Source: Heterodontus francisci (lineage: Eukaryota). Taken from it: a stretch of 64,000 nt of DNA. The notes under the pieces were generated by a model. That model was not told where the DNA came from. It saw only the letters and a program-made list of their open reading frames with translations, and did no database searches. Position numbers and translations under genes: made by a program. Where the stretch lies: assembly GCF_036365525.1 (NCBI RefSeq), contig NC_090407.1, forward strand, positions 24,766,084-24,830,083, in the 5' to 3' direction. Positions 49,872 to 60,310 of the stretch are shown piece after piece. Each line of letters opens with the position of its first letter. Positions within the stretch are counted from its first letter, which is position 1.

Positions 49872-50379
49872 GAGACATCAGCGATTTAAATTTTCAGATG
49901 TGAACTAAACTTCAAAAATGCTTATCAGGACTGATTCTTCTCAAAATTGGATTTTTTTTTTAACCACCTAAAACTCCAGCCATAAGATTTATTTGTAGAA
50001 CATAACACACTTAATCACCCACCATCCACTCAGACTGAGACATAGCTCTACATGAAGTGCACAACAGAAAGAATTGTTTCTCCCCTGGCCTCATGCCTCA
50101 CACCTCACACAAGGTTCATCCCACCTTACTTCATCTAACCCCATCAGCATAACTTTCCATTCCCTTCTCCCTCATGTACTTATCTAGCCTCCACTTAAAT
50201 GCATCTATGTTACTCAGTACAAACACTCCATGTTATTTTTTTCCAAAGGGAACTAAACCCAATGAAAGATGACCTCTATCATTGACTGACATTTTAATTA
50301 AGTTTGTATGGGCTATTGGGAATTGTTACTTATTTGAACACAAACAGGCAAGTAAACATAAGCACGCTCTTCTTATCGA

Positions 50380-50730
50380 GGAGGGAATTAGATGGTTAGG
50401 TAGACAAATGCACTGCCCACTTAGCCATAAATGCCAGAACTGTCCCAGTTTCAATCTTGGTCTATGCTGAGTTAGTTGATGTGCTACAGTTGTCGTCAAT
50501 GCCCCAGGACTGTGGAGGCAAAATCAGCCACGGTTTGCATTCCTGATCATTATCCAGTGACCCCAGCTTAAAAGTGCTCTTTTGGATGGCAGATGAGAAC
50601 AGCATTGGGCTCGGGTACGATGCTCCCTGCAATGAAATATCTTGCTGATGCTCGCTGCCCAGGTTTACTCATGAAGAACAGCCACTTCACTGCAGTACCA
50701 GAGGGTGACCTGCAGGATGGGTCAGTACCT
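50380..50730 (+). mobile_element. LF-SINE-like element (best preserved of many copies)
   Basis: TGCTGAGTTAGTTGAT...AAAATCAGCCACGGTT...TCCTGATCATTATCCAGTGACCCC...ATGAAGAACAGCCACTT...GTACCAGAGGG. Family recalled from memory. Confidence 0.6.
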
Positions 50731-51409
50731 TCAGGGCAGGCTTTAAAAAAAACTTACAAACTGGGATTATTTGAGGGTCAGAGTCAATGTTAGCCAAAAT
50801 GCAATGGTGCCATCTGTTACAGAACAGCCGATCAGATTCCAAAAATGAAGCTGTGGCCTCTGGACCAAGCTGTGGTTTAGTAAGGGATGCGATCTTTTGA
50901 CAGCTGTGGAATAATCACTGTTGGTTGTTTCGATCACTGGCAGAGTTGTTTTGAATAAAGCTTTAAGCAAGTAAGTGTTTTTCGGGGAGGAAGGAGCAAA
51001 AAAGTTGTTCTATGAGTGCACTTGCGACGCTTTTGTCACAAAGATGTCACAAATACCCGAGGCCGGCTGTAGCATGGAGACGAAGACAAGGAAGCAGGCA
51101 ATTCAGCCCAAGGCTGGTGGTCTGCAAATAGCTCGAGTGACATTAGCAGATGGATCAGGGTGGGTCACTTGTCCGTCACCCTCAGACTGGGAAATGGGAG
51201 AGAGTTTGATGGCTCCAAAGGAGAGAGAAAACTACTTGAAATAAACTCTGAGACCTGAGTAGACTTGCTGTAGCGACAAACCCGGAGAGTCACATCTGCC
51301 AAGGTTGTGTAATGTGGGCGGAGTTGCAGCTGGTAAATACAGTTCCATTAGCGCACAGTTCGTATTTACTTTTAAAACTACTAAGATATTTCCAAGTTTC
51401 TCAGCAAGA

Positions 51410-51651
51410 ATGGAGCGGATTCTCCTGCGCTGTGTCCCTTCTGTACTGAAGCCGGGGTATCTGCACACTCTGTCCCGCCGGAGCTCTTCCTCGTCCCGTT
51501 TCAACGTGCCGCCGAGCGCCGCCGAGATAGCCCGCCCGGTCGGCGTTTGCTCCATGATGCGCCTCCCAGTGCAGGATTCCTCGCAGGGCCTGGATGCTGC
51601 TTTTGTTGGGGTACCTCTGGACATTGGAACCTCGAACCGGCCCGGTTCCAG
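51410..51651 (+). CDS. AGMAT: AGMAT exon 1 (mitochondrial presequence + start of ureohydrolase domain)
   Basis: MERILLRCVPSV...FNVPPSAAEIARPVGVCSMMRLP...AAFVGVPLDIGTSNRPGSR|gtagga; 242 nt; GC box GGGCGGAGTT at ~51316. Confidence 0.93.
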
Positions 51652-51929
51652 GTAGGAAACACAAGCAAATTTAGGAATGAATTGACAAACGTACAGTTCA
51701 ATCACTAAAATCTGTTAATTAAATAAAAATCTGAGCATATTAATTTAGTTTAGGATACTCCCAGTTGGGTTCCTATTTATTAATAACCCGCATATAAGCT
51801 TGTTCCTAATTTAGCATCAATTTAGGCACATTGTTGGGGTATTTTAATGTTTCATATAGACAGTTGACTGGCAGGTTTGGTGAAAGCCTGTGTGTATACA
51901 GCAACTTCAGGCGAAGAGCAGATGCGAGT

Positions 51930-53455
51930 TCAATTTTTTTCCAAAAATATACTTTATTCATAACATTTGTAAAAATACATTACAAAACAATTCATATTGG
52001 ACATTTCATAAAGTGCAATAAAGATCAGTTTCTTTCAATACAGAACATGAGGTACAGTCATAGAGATGCCTCACTACACTTGCCATTTCAGGTTATATTT
52101 ACAATGTACGTTTGCATTACATACCAAAAACATTCTCTGGTGCATGTAGCCTGAGGGGTTTTATATGGGTTCCAGCCCCCTGGTATACTATATCGGGAAG
52201 GCCTTCCCCATTGGGCCTTTGCAGCGGCTGCCCCAAGCTTTAGTGTGTCCCTCAGCACGTGGTCCTGGACCTTGGAATGTGCCAGTTTGCAACACTTGGT
52301 CTTTACACTGGCAGACCAGAGTATGTCTTTTACCGAGTTGATGATCCTTAAGTTGATGTTTATCTCCGTGCCAACTATGTCTTGGTGTTATTTTGAAAGT
52401 TCTGGTGATGAGGCATTCTGCCAAATGAGTTTGACAGTCTGCTCAGGGAACCATCCAACAGGATCCACCATCTCCTTTTCCCGCAGGACCTCGAGGATGT
52501 TACTTGCGAACCACTGCCTGATGGACTTGTGATGTAAGGTGTTTTTATGCACAAACCATTTCACAAGGGACAGATGGTAGAGCGTGGTCCCACTGAAAGG
52601 AGTGTTCTGCGTTACGTGGCCAGACCCATCCTTCGCAACACCGAGGACAAATAGAGCCTCAGCACATACTTGGTATTTGCATACCATACACACAGCTTGA
52701 TGTAGTTGCAGACAGAATGAGGGCAACATTGGGTATGTTTTTCCCCTTTATCTAGAGGTTTGACCATTGTCTCCCTGTGGACATGGTCCATTTTGACTCT
52801 CTAGATAAAGCAGAAAATGGTTAATGTGACCGCCACTGCGCAGGAGTGGGGTAGGTACCAGACCTGCGTCATATACATCAACACCGAGAGCACCTCACAC
52901 CTGATGACCAGATTTTATATGCCAATGGTGAGAGAGCATTGCTCCCACATGCCAATTTCTGTTTCACCATGGCTATACACTCCTTCCAGTTTTTGGCGCA
53001 TGTCCCAGCCCCTCCAAACCATTTCCCAACACCTTCAGGTAGTCTGACCTGACAGTGAAGGGGATAAAGGATAGGTCTGCCCAGTTCCCAAAGAACATGG
53101 CCTTGCTCTTGCTGCAATTTGGCTTCCGAAGCCAGTTCAAACTGGTCGCAAATGCTCATCAGTCTGCGAACTGACAGCAGATCCAAGCAGAAGACGGCAG
53201 TGTCATCCATGTACTGGGAGGCTTTGACCTGAGTGCCTCTGCTGCCTGGGATTGTCACCCCTCTATGGCCGCATCCTTCCTGATGGACTTGGCAAAGGGT
53301 TCAATACAGCAAATGACCAAGACAGGGGAGAGAGGACAGCCCTGGCTGACTCCAGATTTGATGGGTAAACTTGCCGATTCGAACCCATTGGTTGAAACTG
53401 TGCTGCTGATGTTTGTGTACAGCAGTTGGATTCAGTTGCAGATTCCCTCCCCTCT
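51930..53455 (-). mobile_element. Tx1/L1-clade LINE 3' portion in AGMAT intron 1
   Basis: Reverse translations GVSQGCPLSPVL and SQYMDDTAVF; 3' end TTTTTTCCAAAAATATACTTTATTC (AATAAA + polyA on minus). Confidence 0.75.
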
Positions 53456-54449
53456 GAGTTTAAATGTTAATATCCAAAAGGTGCTGTCTGAGCTGCTCCA
53501 CTCCACTGTTAGCATTGCAAATGGCATCTCTATCTGTCTCACCTTCTACCTGCATTAAATGTCACGAAGTTGCTGTATTTGTGTGGTAGATATGAACTTA
53601 AATGCCTCAGAAAGGAAAGTTTTGTCATTTCACGCCTAAGTATCATTTTAATGGTGATAAATGTTAATTACTGCCAAACATCCTCTCTGGCACTGAAAAT
53701 TAATTATGAGTGTGTAGTCTAATTTCTTCAGGTTTTAATTGTTGTTGGAGATTTAAAAAAAGTTTTAAAGTTCTTTTTGGCTTTTTCTTTCTGTTTCTTT
53801 TCTGTCTGTGTTAACCAATTTTTCTTTTCCTCTCTTTATTTCTGTACCTGATTTAACAATGAATTCACCCACTCTAATTTACATTTCCTTCTCTTACCTT
53901 GCACGACAGATTTCACAATCCTTCAATCTGCTTTGGTTAAGGAGATATTCTGTTCATTCAGGTCCCAGATGCCATGTTTCCTCGTTGTGCCGTTACCAGC
54001 TCACACACCTAACAAGTTGCCATGCAAAAAATTAAAAAACCTAAATGTGAAAGGCAAGTTTAACTAATGGCAGACATTTTTATATGTCCTGCTACAGCAA
54101 ATTATGGACCAGTGTCTAACAATATTCAAAAGAAAACTGCCAATTGATAAAACAGTAAGTTACATATCCTGCCTACTTTTGACACAAAAGAGATGTCAAT
54201 CAAACTCTAGATATGGTTCAGCAATCAGAAACTTCCTGTTCAGTGACTGAGGGCAACTAACTATGCTATACCTGACCTGGAAGTCTTTTGATGCTGACAA
54301 TGGCTGCCTGGCAATAACATCCCTCAGCTTAAATAAAAAATTGGCAAAAGAAAATTCCAAGTTTTATATCATTTGATGGATACTGTTTAATGATGTCTTT
54401 ATATTCAGAATAGGGGGGGGAAATCTTTCAATTTTGTTTTTACGTTTAG

Positions 54450-54652
54450 ATTTGGACCGCGACATATTCGAGCAGAGTCGGCCATGGTCAGAGCCTACAA
54501 TAGTGGCACCAGGGCAGCCCCTTTTGAATCTCTGATGGTAGCTGACATTGGTGATGTCAACGTGAATCTTTACAACCTGAAGGACAGCTGCAAGATGATC
54601 AGGGAATCTTTTAAGAAGATTGTGTCCATGGGCTGTATACCACTGACAATGG
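54450..54652 (+). CDS. AGMAT: AGMAT exon 2
   Basis: tag/gtatgg; FGPRHIRAESAMVRAYN...VADIGDVNVNLYNLKDSC...IPLTM; 203 nt. Confidence 0.96.
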
Positions 54653-54803
54653 GTATGGATGTGTGTGCTGGCCTGACTCAGCAGCTCTTGCTGGGGAGTA
54701 GGAGAGAAAATTGAATAAAATTCAGAAACAGATGAAAGAGAATTTTAAATCTTTTTATGCTGTGTGGCAAAAGCACTAATTATGTCTGTCTGTTGTGGCC
54801 TAG

Positions 54804-54852
54804 GTGGTGATCACACGATAACATACCCCATATTGCAGACAATGGCAGAGAA
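54804..54852 (+). CDS. AGMAT: AGMAT exon 3 (GGDH motif)
   Basis: tag/gtaagt; GGDHTITYPILQTMAEK; 49 nt. Confidence 0.95.
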
Positions 54853-55567
54853 GTAAGTCTCGTTCATGTTATTATTGAAATGCATGGAACTTTTTGGTAA
54901 CAAATCCTGAATTCCACTTAAGGAGCTATACTCTTCACCCAAACTGTTTCGTATATGACCTGGAATGCTTGATGGGGCAGTGTGGAGGTATCTTTGCTTT
55001 GCATTCATAATTTGCCTGAAATTGTGCCATTTGATCACTTGAATGAGCTGGAGTGCACTGCAGGAAAACATGTTCTACATTTGTGCTGCTCTGCCAAGTC
55101 AGTAATGGAAAACAGTCACAAAATTTGATTTCAAACAAGGTTGAACATTTGAAAGCAGATTCTTACAGAAAATGGGAAGAGGCAGCTAAATTTTCAAAAT
55201 GATTTTGCTCTTCAACATGTTCCCCTCTGCTCCTCTTCCGAATGTTGTAAACATCGGGGTTCATTTTGGTGGCTATTGGCCTTTTACTATTTTGTCTGTG
55301 GCCATGACTTATTATGAGCCTAGAAAGGCTATTGTAATGTGAGCAGCATCACAGTTGACCTGATCTTCACCCGACATCTACCTCATGCGTTTCCAGCAGG
55401 GGTTATTGGATATTGATCAAGAATAGAAACCTTGCCTTAATATCTGATTGTGGGGCACTGATGCCAATTGCATCACCACTGCTGCTTCCCAACTGAGATC
55501 AGGTAACTCAGCACAGTGCAGAGATTGAATTTGGGAATTTCCTGGAATGTTGGACTTAGCTACTCAC

Positions 55568-55920
55568 GGACAGCCCAATGGCACAGTGGTTAGCACTGCA
55601 GCCTCACAGCTCCAGCGACCTGGGTTCGATTCTGGGTACTGCCTGTGTGGAGTTTGCAAGATCTCCCTGTGACTGCGTGGGTTTCTGCCAGGTGCTCCGG
55701 TTTCCTCCCACAGCCAAAGACTTGCAGGTTGATAGGTAAATTGGCCATTGGAAATTGTCCCTAGTATAGGTAGGTGGTAGGGAAATTGAGGGACAGTGGG
55801 GATGTGGTAGGAATATGGGATTAATGTAGCATTAGTATAAATGGGTGGTTGATGGCCGGCACAGACTCGGTGGGCTGAAGGGCCTGTTTCAGTGCTGTAT
55901 CTCTAAATAAATAAATAAAA
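55568..55920 (+). mobile_element. HE1/V-SINE
   Basis: TGGCACAGTGGTTAGCACTGCAGCCTCACAGC...GGGTTCGATTC, V-domain, tail ending (TAAA)n. Confidence 0.88.
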
Positions 55921-56138
55921 ACTGTTGCAAAAACTGGTACAGAAGTTAAAGAAAATTCCTGGAAAGATAAAATAAAAAAAATAAAAAATGGGCATAGTAA
56001 GGACTAAAGTAACTGGTTAGGTGGTGGAGGAAGAGGAATTGGAAGGCTTGTAGAGTTACTCATGACCTGTTCTTGTGAAGTCTGAATTGTTGATTGTAAG
56101 TCCTGTCCCATCATAGCTTCCTGTTCTGTTTTTATCAG

Positions 56139-56334
56139 ATATGGTCCAGTAGGTTTGGTTCACATCGATGCACATACTGACACGAGTGATACTGCCCTAG
56201 GGGAGAAGATATATCATGGAACGCCATTCAGGCGCTGTGTGGATGAGGGGCTGCTTGACTGTAAACGTGTGGTACAGATCGGGCTCCGGGGTTCAACTTA
56301 TGAACCAGATGGTTATCTTTGGGGCAGAGAACAG
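56139..56334 (+). CDS. AGMAT: AGMAT exon 4 (DAHxD metal motif)
   Basis: cag/gtaagt; YGPVGLVHIDAHTDTSD...YHGTPFRR...VQIGLRGS; 196 nt. Confidence 0.96.
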
Positions 56335-56829
56335 GTAAGTTGCTTTTTTATTTTCTTTTCTCCCTCTTTATGTCCCTTGCATAGCTGAGGGGTTGGACAG
56401 GGTGAACTGTGAGCTGGACTTTGCTAATTCTGATTGTCCAACAACTATTCTCCCCTTTCTTTGTCTTCTGAAGTCACCTAAGCCTTTCTGCCCTACATTT
56501 CCACAGGTGCCAGTGGCTACTGTGCATTTGTAGGTTAACGCAGTGAGGGTTAGCAGGCTATTTGACAGGCATCACTGCTGAGTCTCATCCTGTATTCACC
56601 CAAAGTCACACAAACAAGGATCACTTGAAAGCATACCAGAGCAGCAACCCTGGCCAACTTTCTTCCTGATGTAGTGACACTTAGGCCAATTGTCGCACTC
56701 TGATTGCCACCTGGCTGAGATCAGCTAACTAAACGCAGACCAGCGTTTAAGACTCCCCCCATCTGTACAATGAGCAACTCACTGACAAGACAACTGGAAA
56801 ATTGAAAAAGACTAATATTGATCTGTAAC

Positions 56830-57060
56830 TACATCAACTTGCATTTATATAGCGCCTTTCATATAGTAAAATGACACATGGCACAGGAGCATTAGCAAAC
56901 AAAATTAGACACCAGGCCACATAAGGACAGGTGACTAAAAGCTTGTTCAAAGTGGTGGCTTTTAAGAAGCATTTTAAAAAAGGAGAGAGGTGGAGAGGCT
57001 TAGGGAAGAAATTCCAGAGCTTAGGGTTTAGGCAACTGAAATCATCCCCATTGTGAATGG
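56830..57060 (-). mobile_element. L2-type LINE 3' tail
   Basis: CAACTTGCATTTATATAGCGCCTTTCA...AAAAGCTTGTTCAAAG...GGGAAGAAATTCCAGAGCTTAGGG. Confidence 0.65.
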
Positions 57061-57834
57061 GAGCAGCTGAGGACGAACCTCCCTCCCTGTGCGAGAGCAC
57101 ATGATCTCTTCAATTCACCTAAACAACGTTCTTTCTAATGTTCTCCCCTAATCGATGGGGAATTCATGATGTCAGCAAACCATGAGCACAAACTCCCATC
57201 TTACCTCCATACTACAGGGTGACACAGCTTCACCTCAACACCCCAGTCCCCCAGTAAAGTCCAGCTGCATTTGTTTGAAAGGTAATCAATCTCTGCTATT
57301 AATTCCATGTATTTAAACCCATGGGTGGCTGAATCTCTCACTGCTGTGTATGAACACAAAGCCCCATGTGGTAGGACATTGCTAACTGTATTGAGAAGGT
57401 GGAGGGCTAAGGATCCCTGTTTCTATTATAGACATTTGTCATTCTTGCATTGCAACACTCAGTAGACAGATTACTTTTGTGATTCTTTTAAGAATCTATA
57501 GGCAGCTGCAATTTAGCTGTGATGCTAAAGTCTATCTTCAACTTAAAACCAATGGGAATGCATCATTGATCCAGTAAGATGAGTAAATGGGAGTGTGAGA
57601 TATGGTGAGAAAGTGGGTTTGAGATGCATCCTTGAATCAACCTGATTGAGCCTCTTCTTTTCCTATCTTATGTTCTGGAAGCTGGATCTTTGATTGCTGT
57701 AATACTTGTAGTCAGTTCATTTAAACCCATGACCTGTAATTACTTGAGTAAAGCAATTGTTTCAAAGTCAAGTAGCTCAGATTTCAGTCCTTTCATCACT
57801 GATGCTTCTCATCCTGAATGTTTATTATCTCCAG

Positions 57835-58014
57835 GGTTTTCGAATTGTTAGTGGACAGGATTGTTGGCTACGTTCCCTTGCTCCACTTATGAAGGAGGTG
57901 AGGCAGCAGATGGGAGATGGCCCTGTGTACATCAGTTTTGATATCGATGGCCTGGACCCAGCCTTTGCTCCTGGTACTGGAACCCCTGAAATCGCAGGTC
58001 TTCAACCCAGTCAG
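57835..58014 (+). CDS. AGMAT: AGMAT exon 5 (SFDID motif)
   Basis: cag/gtaatt; GFRIV...[31 protein letters not shown]; 180 nt. Confidence 0.96.
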
Positions 58015-59573
58015 GTAATTGAGCACAATATAGAGTATCTCACACTTCGTTTGTCAGCTGTACTTCTATAGTATCTGTCAAGCTTCACAGCAGAGAAGCA
58101 GTGATACTGGCCTTTAGCATTTGATCAAGGCATTTGTGAGTTCTACAGTCAAAGGGTGTTCCTGATTCAAAGTTTTTGTGCATCCTCTCCATCATGTAAT
58201 GGGTGACCAACACTGCTCGCACCCTTGTGGACCCAACCATGATGCAGCGTCTTATGGCTGCTGTTGCAGCTTCAATTTCAACACAAGCAGCAACCCAGTG
58301 TCTGAATGCTGCAGTGGAAGCTCAGATTGCTGTAATGCAAGTCTAGCTTGCGACCATAGAAGCTCAGACGGCTGCCTTCATGGCTGTGGATTACAGTATG
58401 CAAAGGGACTTGCAGGGTGTCATAGCAGTCCAGTAATCTGTCCTCTAACACATTTCTAGGATTGCTGAGTGTCACCCCAGAGAAGTGGCAGTAGCTCCAT
58501 AGAACACAAACCTGCTGTCCTCTCAGGAAGACAGCATTTCTTCCCCAATCCCGACCACTCTGCCAGTGCCCATCATCCAGCTAGCCCAGATTGCTGCAGT
58601 TGATATCAAGATGGTGCAGTTTGCAGCTGGCCCTTCTAGGCCCAAAGCTGTTTCCAAGTCCACCTGCAGTCTCCTCCACTGAAAATCAGCAGCCTTCCAC
58701 CAGCCATACTGCAGCCACTGGAGTTGCATTGCATAGGAGCACTAGGACAGGTAAAAGCACAAGGAAGACAGGCACTAAGGGAATGCACAAGGGTGATCAG
58801 TTGACTTTTATATGGAATATGGCATAGTTTTAACATATAAATTTAGGTTGGAATTTTTATTTTGTGGTGGCTTTTATTTGTTGCATTGTAGCCAAAGGAA
58901 TGCAGGACCTGCCCCACATAGGACATAGGAACACCACTCCCTTGCAACTTGAAACAACTATAGAAAGCATCAAACTCTGTTGAATCGCAGCAACAAGAAA
59001 AATAAATCATCCAGCAACTAACCTTCAAGTAATTGATGATCCCATTAAATAGTGTTGCTGGGGGCAGTCCTTCCTATCCTGAACATGTGTTCAGCTATGT
59101 GAGGTTAAGAGAGGGCATTGGCTGGAGGGTTGAGCTCTAAAATGGCACCGCTGAGATCAAATCAGCATTGCATACTGATTGACCTCATGATCTGCCTCTT
59201 CTGCATACTTCCAGCATATATTCACTTCATGCATGCACGCTAATGCTTGAATCAATATGGCATATGGCACAATTTGCACAAGTGTATGCGTGCACTGCAT
59301 GCCATTTTGGAGCTCTAAGGGCATACGAAGTGCCCAAAAAACGGACACTAATTTCTCACCCCTTGCACCTGCATCTGACTAGGTAAGTACTACCACTAAC
59401 ATTGAGCCAAGTATCCAATTGTCTGATGCTTAAATTATGGGAAATATTTGAGGAAATAGACTTCAGTAAGTGTATAGTTATATTAGAAAAGCAAATTTTT
59501 GGCAGTTCAAATTTCCTTAAGAAATCATTCAATATAACAAGGAATTAAAAAGCTGCTGTTTGTGTGTTCACAG

Positions 59574-59658
59574 GCTTTGGAAATCATCCGGGGTTGTCAG
59601 GGGATGAAAATAATCGGCTGTGACTTGGTTGAGGTTTCACCGCCGTACGATACTTCTG
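59574..59658 (+). CDS. AGMAT: AGMAT exon 6
   Basis: cag/gtaag; ALEIIRGCQGMKIIGCDLVEVSPPYDTS; 85 nt. Confidence 0.96.
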
Positions 59659-60236
59659 GTAAGAAAACAATGAAACTAAAATGTTGCGTTATTATAACTG
59701 TGGGTTTCTATCAACTGCACAACTGCAACAAGCAGGTAGGTCACAATGACAGCATGAATGAGTTGGTAATACAGTCACCACTGAATCAGAACATTGTAGT
59801 CTCGAGCCCCACTCCAGGACTTGAGCACATTGTCTAGGCTGGCACTGCATTGCAAGACAGAGGGAGTGCAGCTTTGTTGGAGGAGCTGCCCTTTAAGCGA
59901 GGACTAGCTGCTGGTTTGGGTGAATATATAAATTTGGGAAATCCTACCCACAGCTTTTCTGTGAATTAAAGGTAATAGGTGGAAAATTGCAGGTGTCATG
60001 CCCTGAACATCCTGTTGCATGTGGCATACTGGCAAGGCTTTCCCAATAGTTTCCCAGTTAGTACTACCTCGCATATGCAGCTGTGGGTATTAAGTATTAA
60101 CACTTTTGTCCCACCATCACCAGTTATTATGTTGATAAATAGTTAACACTCAGTAATATTGCATAAAAGGGAAGTCTGAGGAGAAAAGGATCAATATCAA
60201 TTTATTTCAACAAGTTCACAAGTCTGTTTCTTTCAG

Positions 60237-60310
60237 GTAACACAGCTCTGACAGCTGCCAATCTGCTCTTCGAGATGTTGTGTGTTCTACCAAACGTTAA
60301 GTATTACTGA
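60237..60310 (+). CDS. AGMAT: AGMAT exon 7 (stop)
   Basis: tttcag acceptor; GNTALTAANLLFEMLCVLPNVKYY*; 74 nt. Downstream AATAAA at 60946, ~61030 and ~61756. Confidence 0.95.

Noticed and set aside
51305-51409. N-terminal extension of AGMAT from an upstream GTG
   Set aside because: An artefact of alternative start codons in the ORF track. The ATG at 51410 gives a normal presequence and length.
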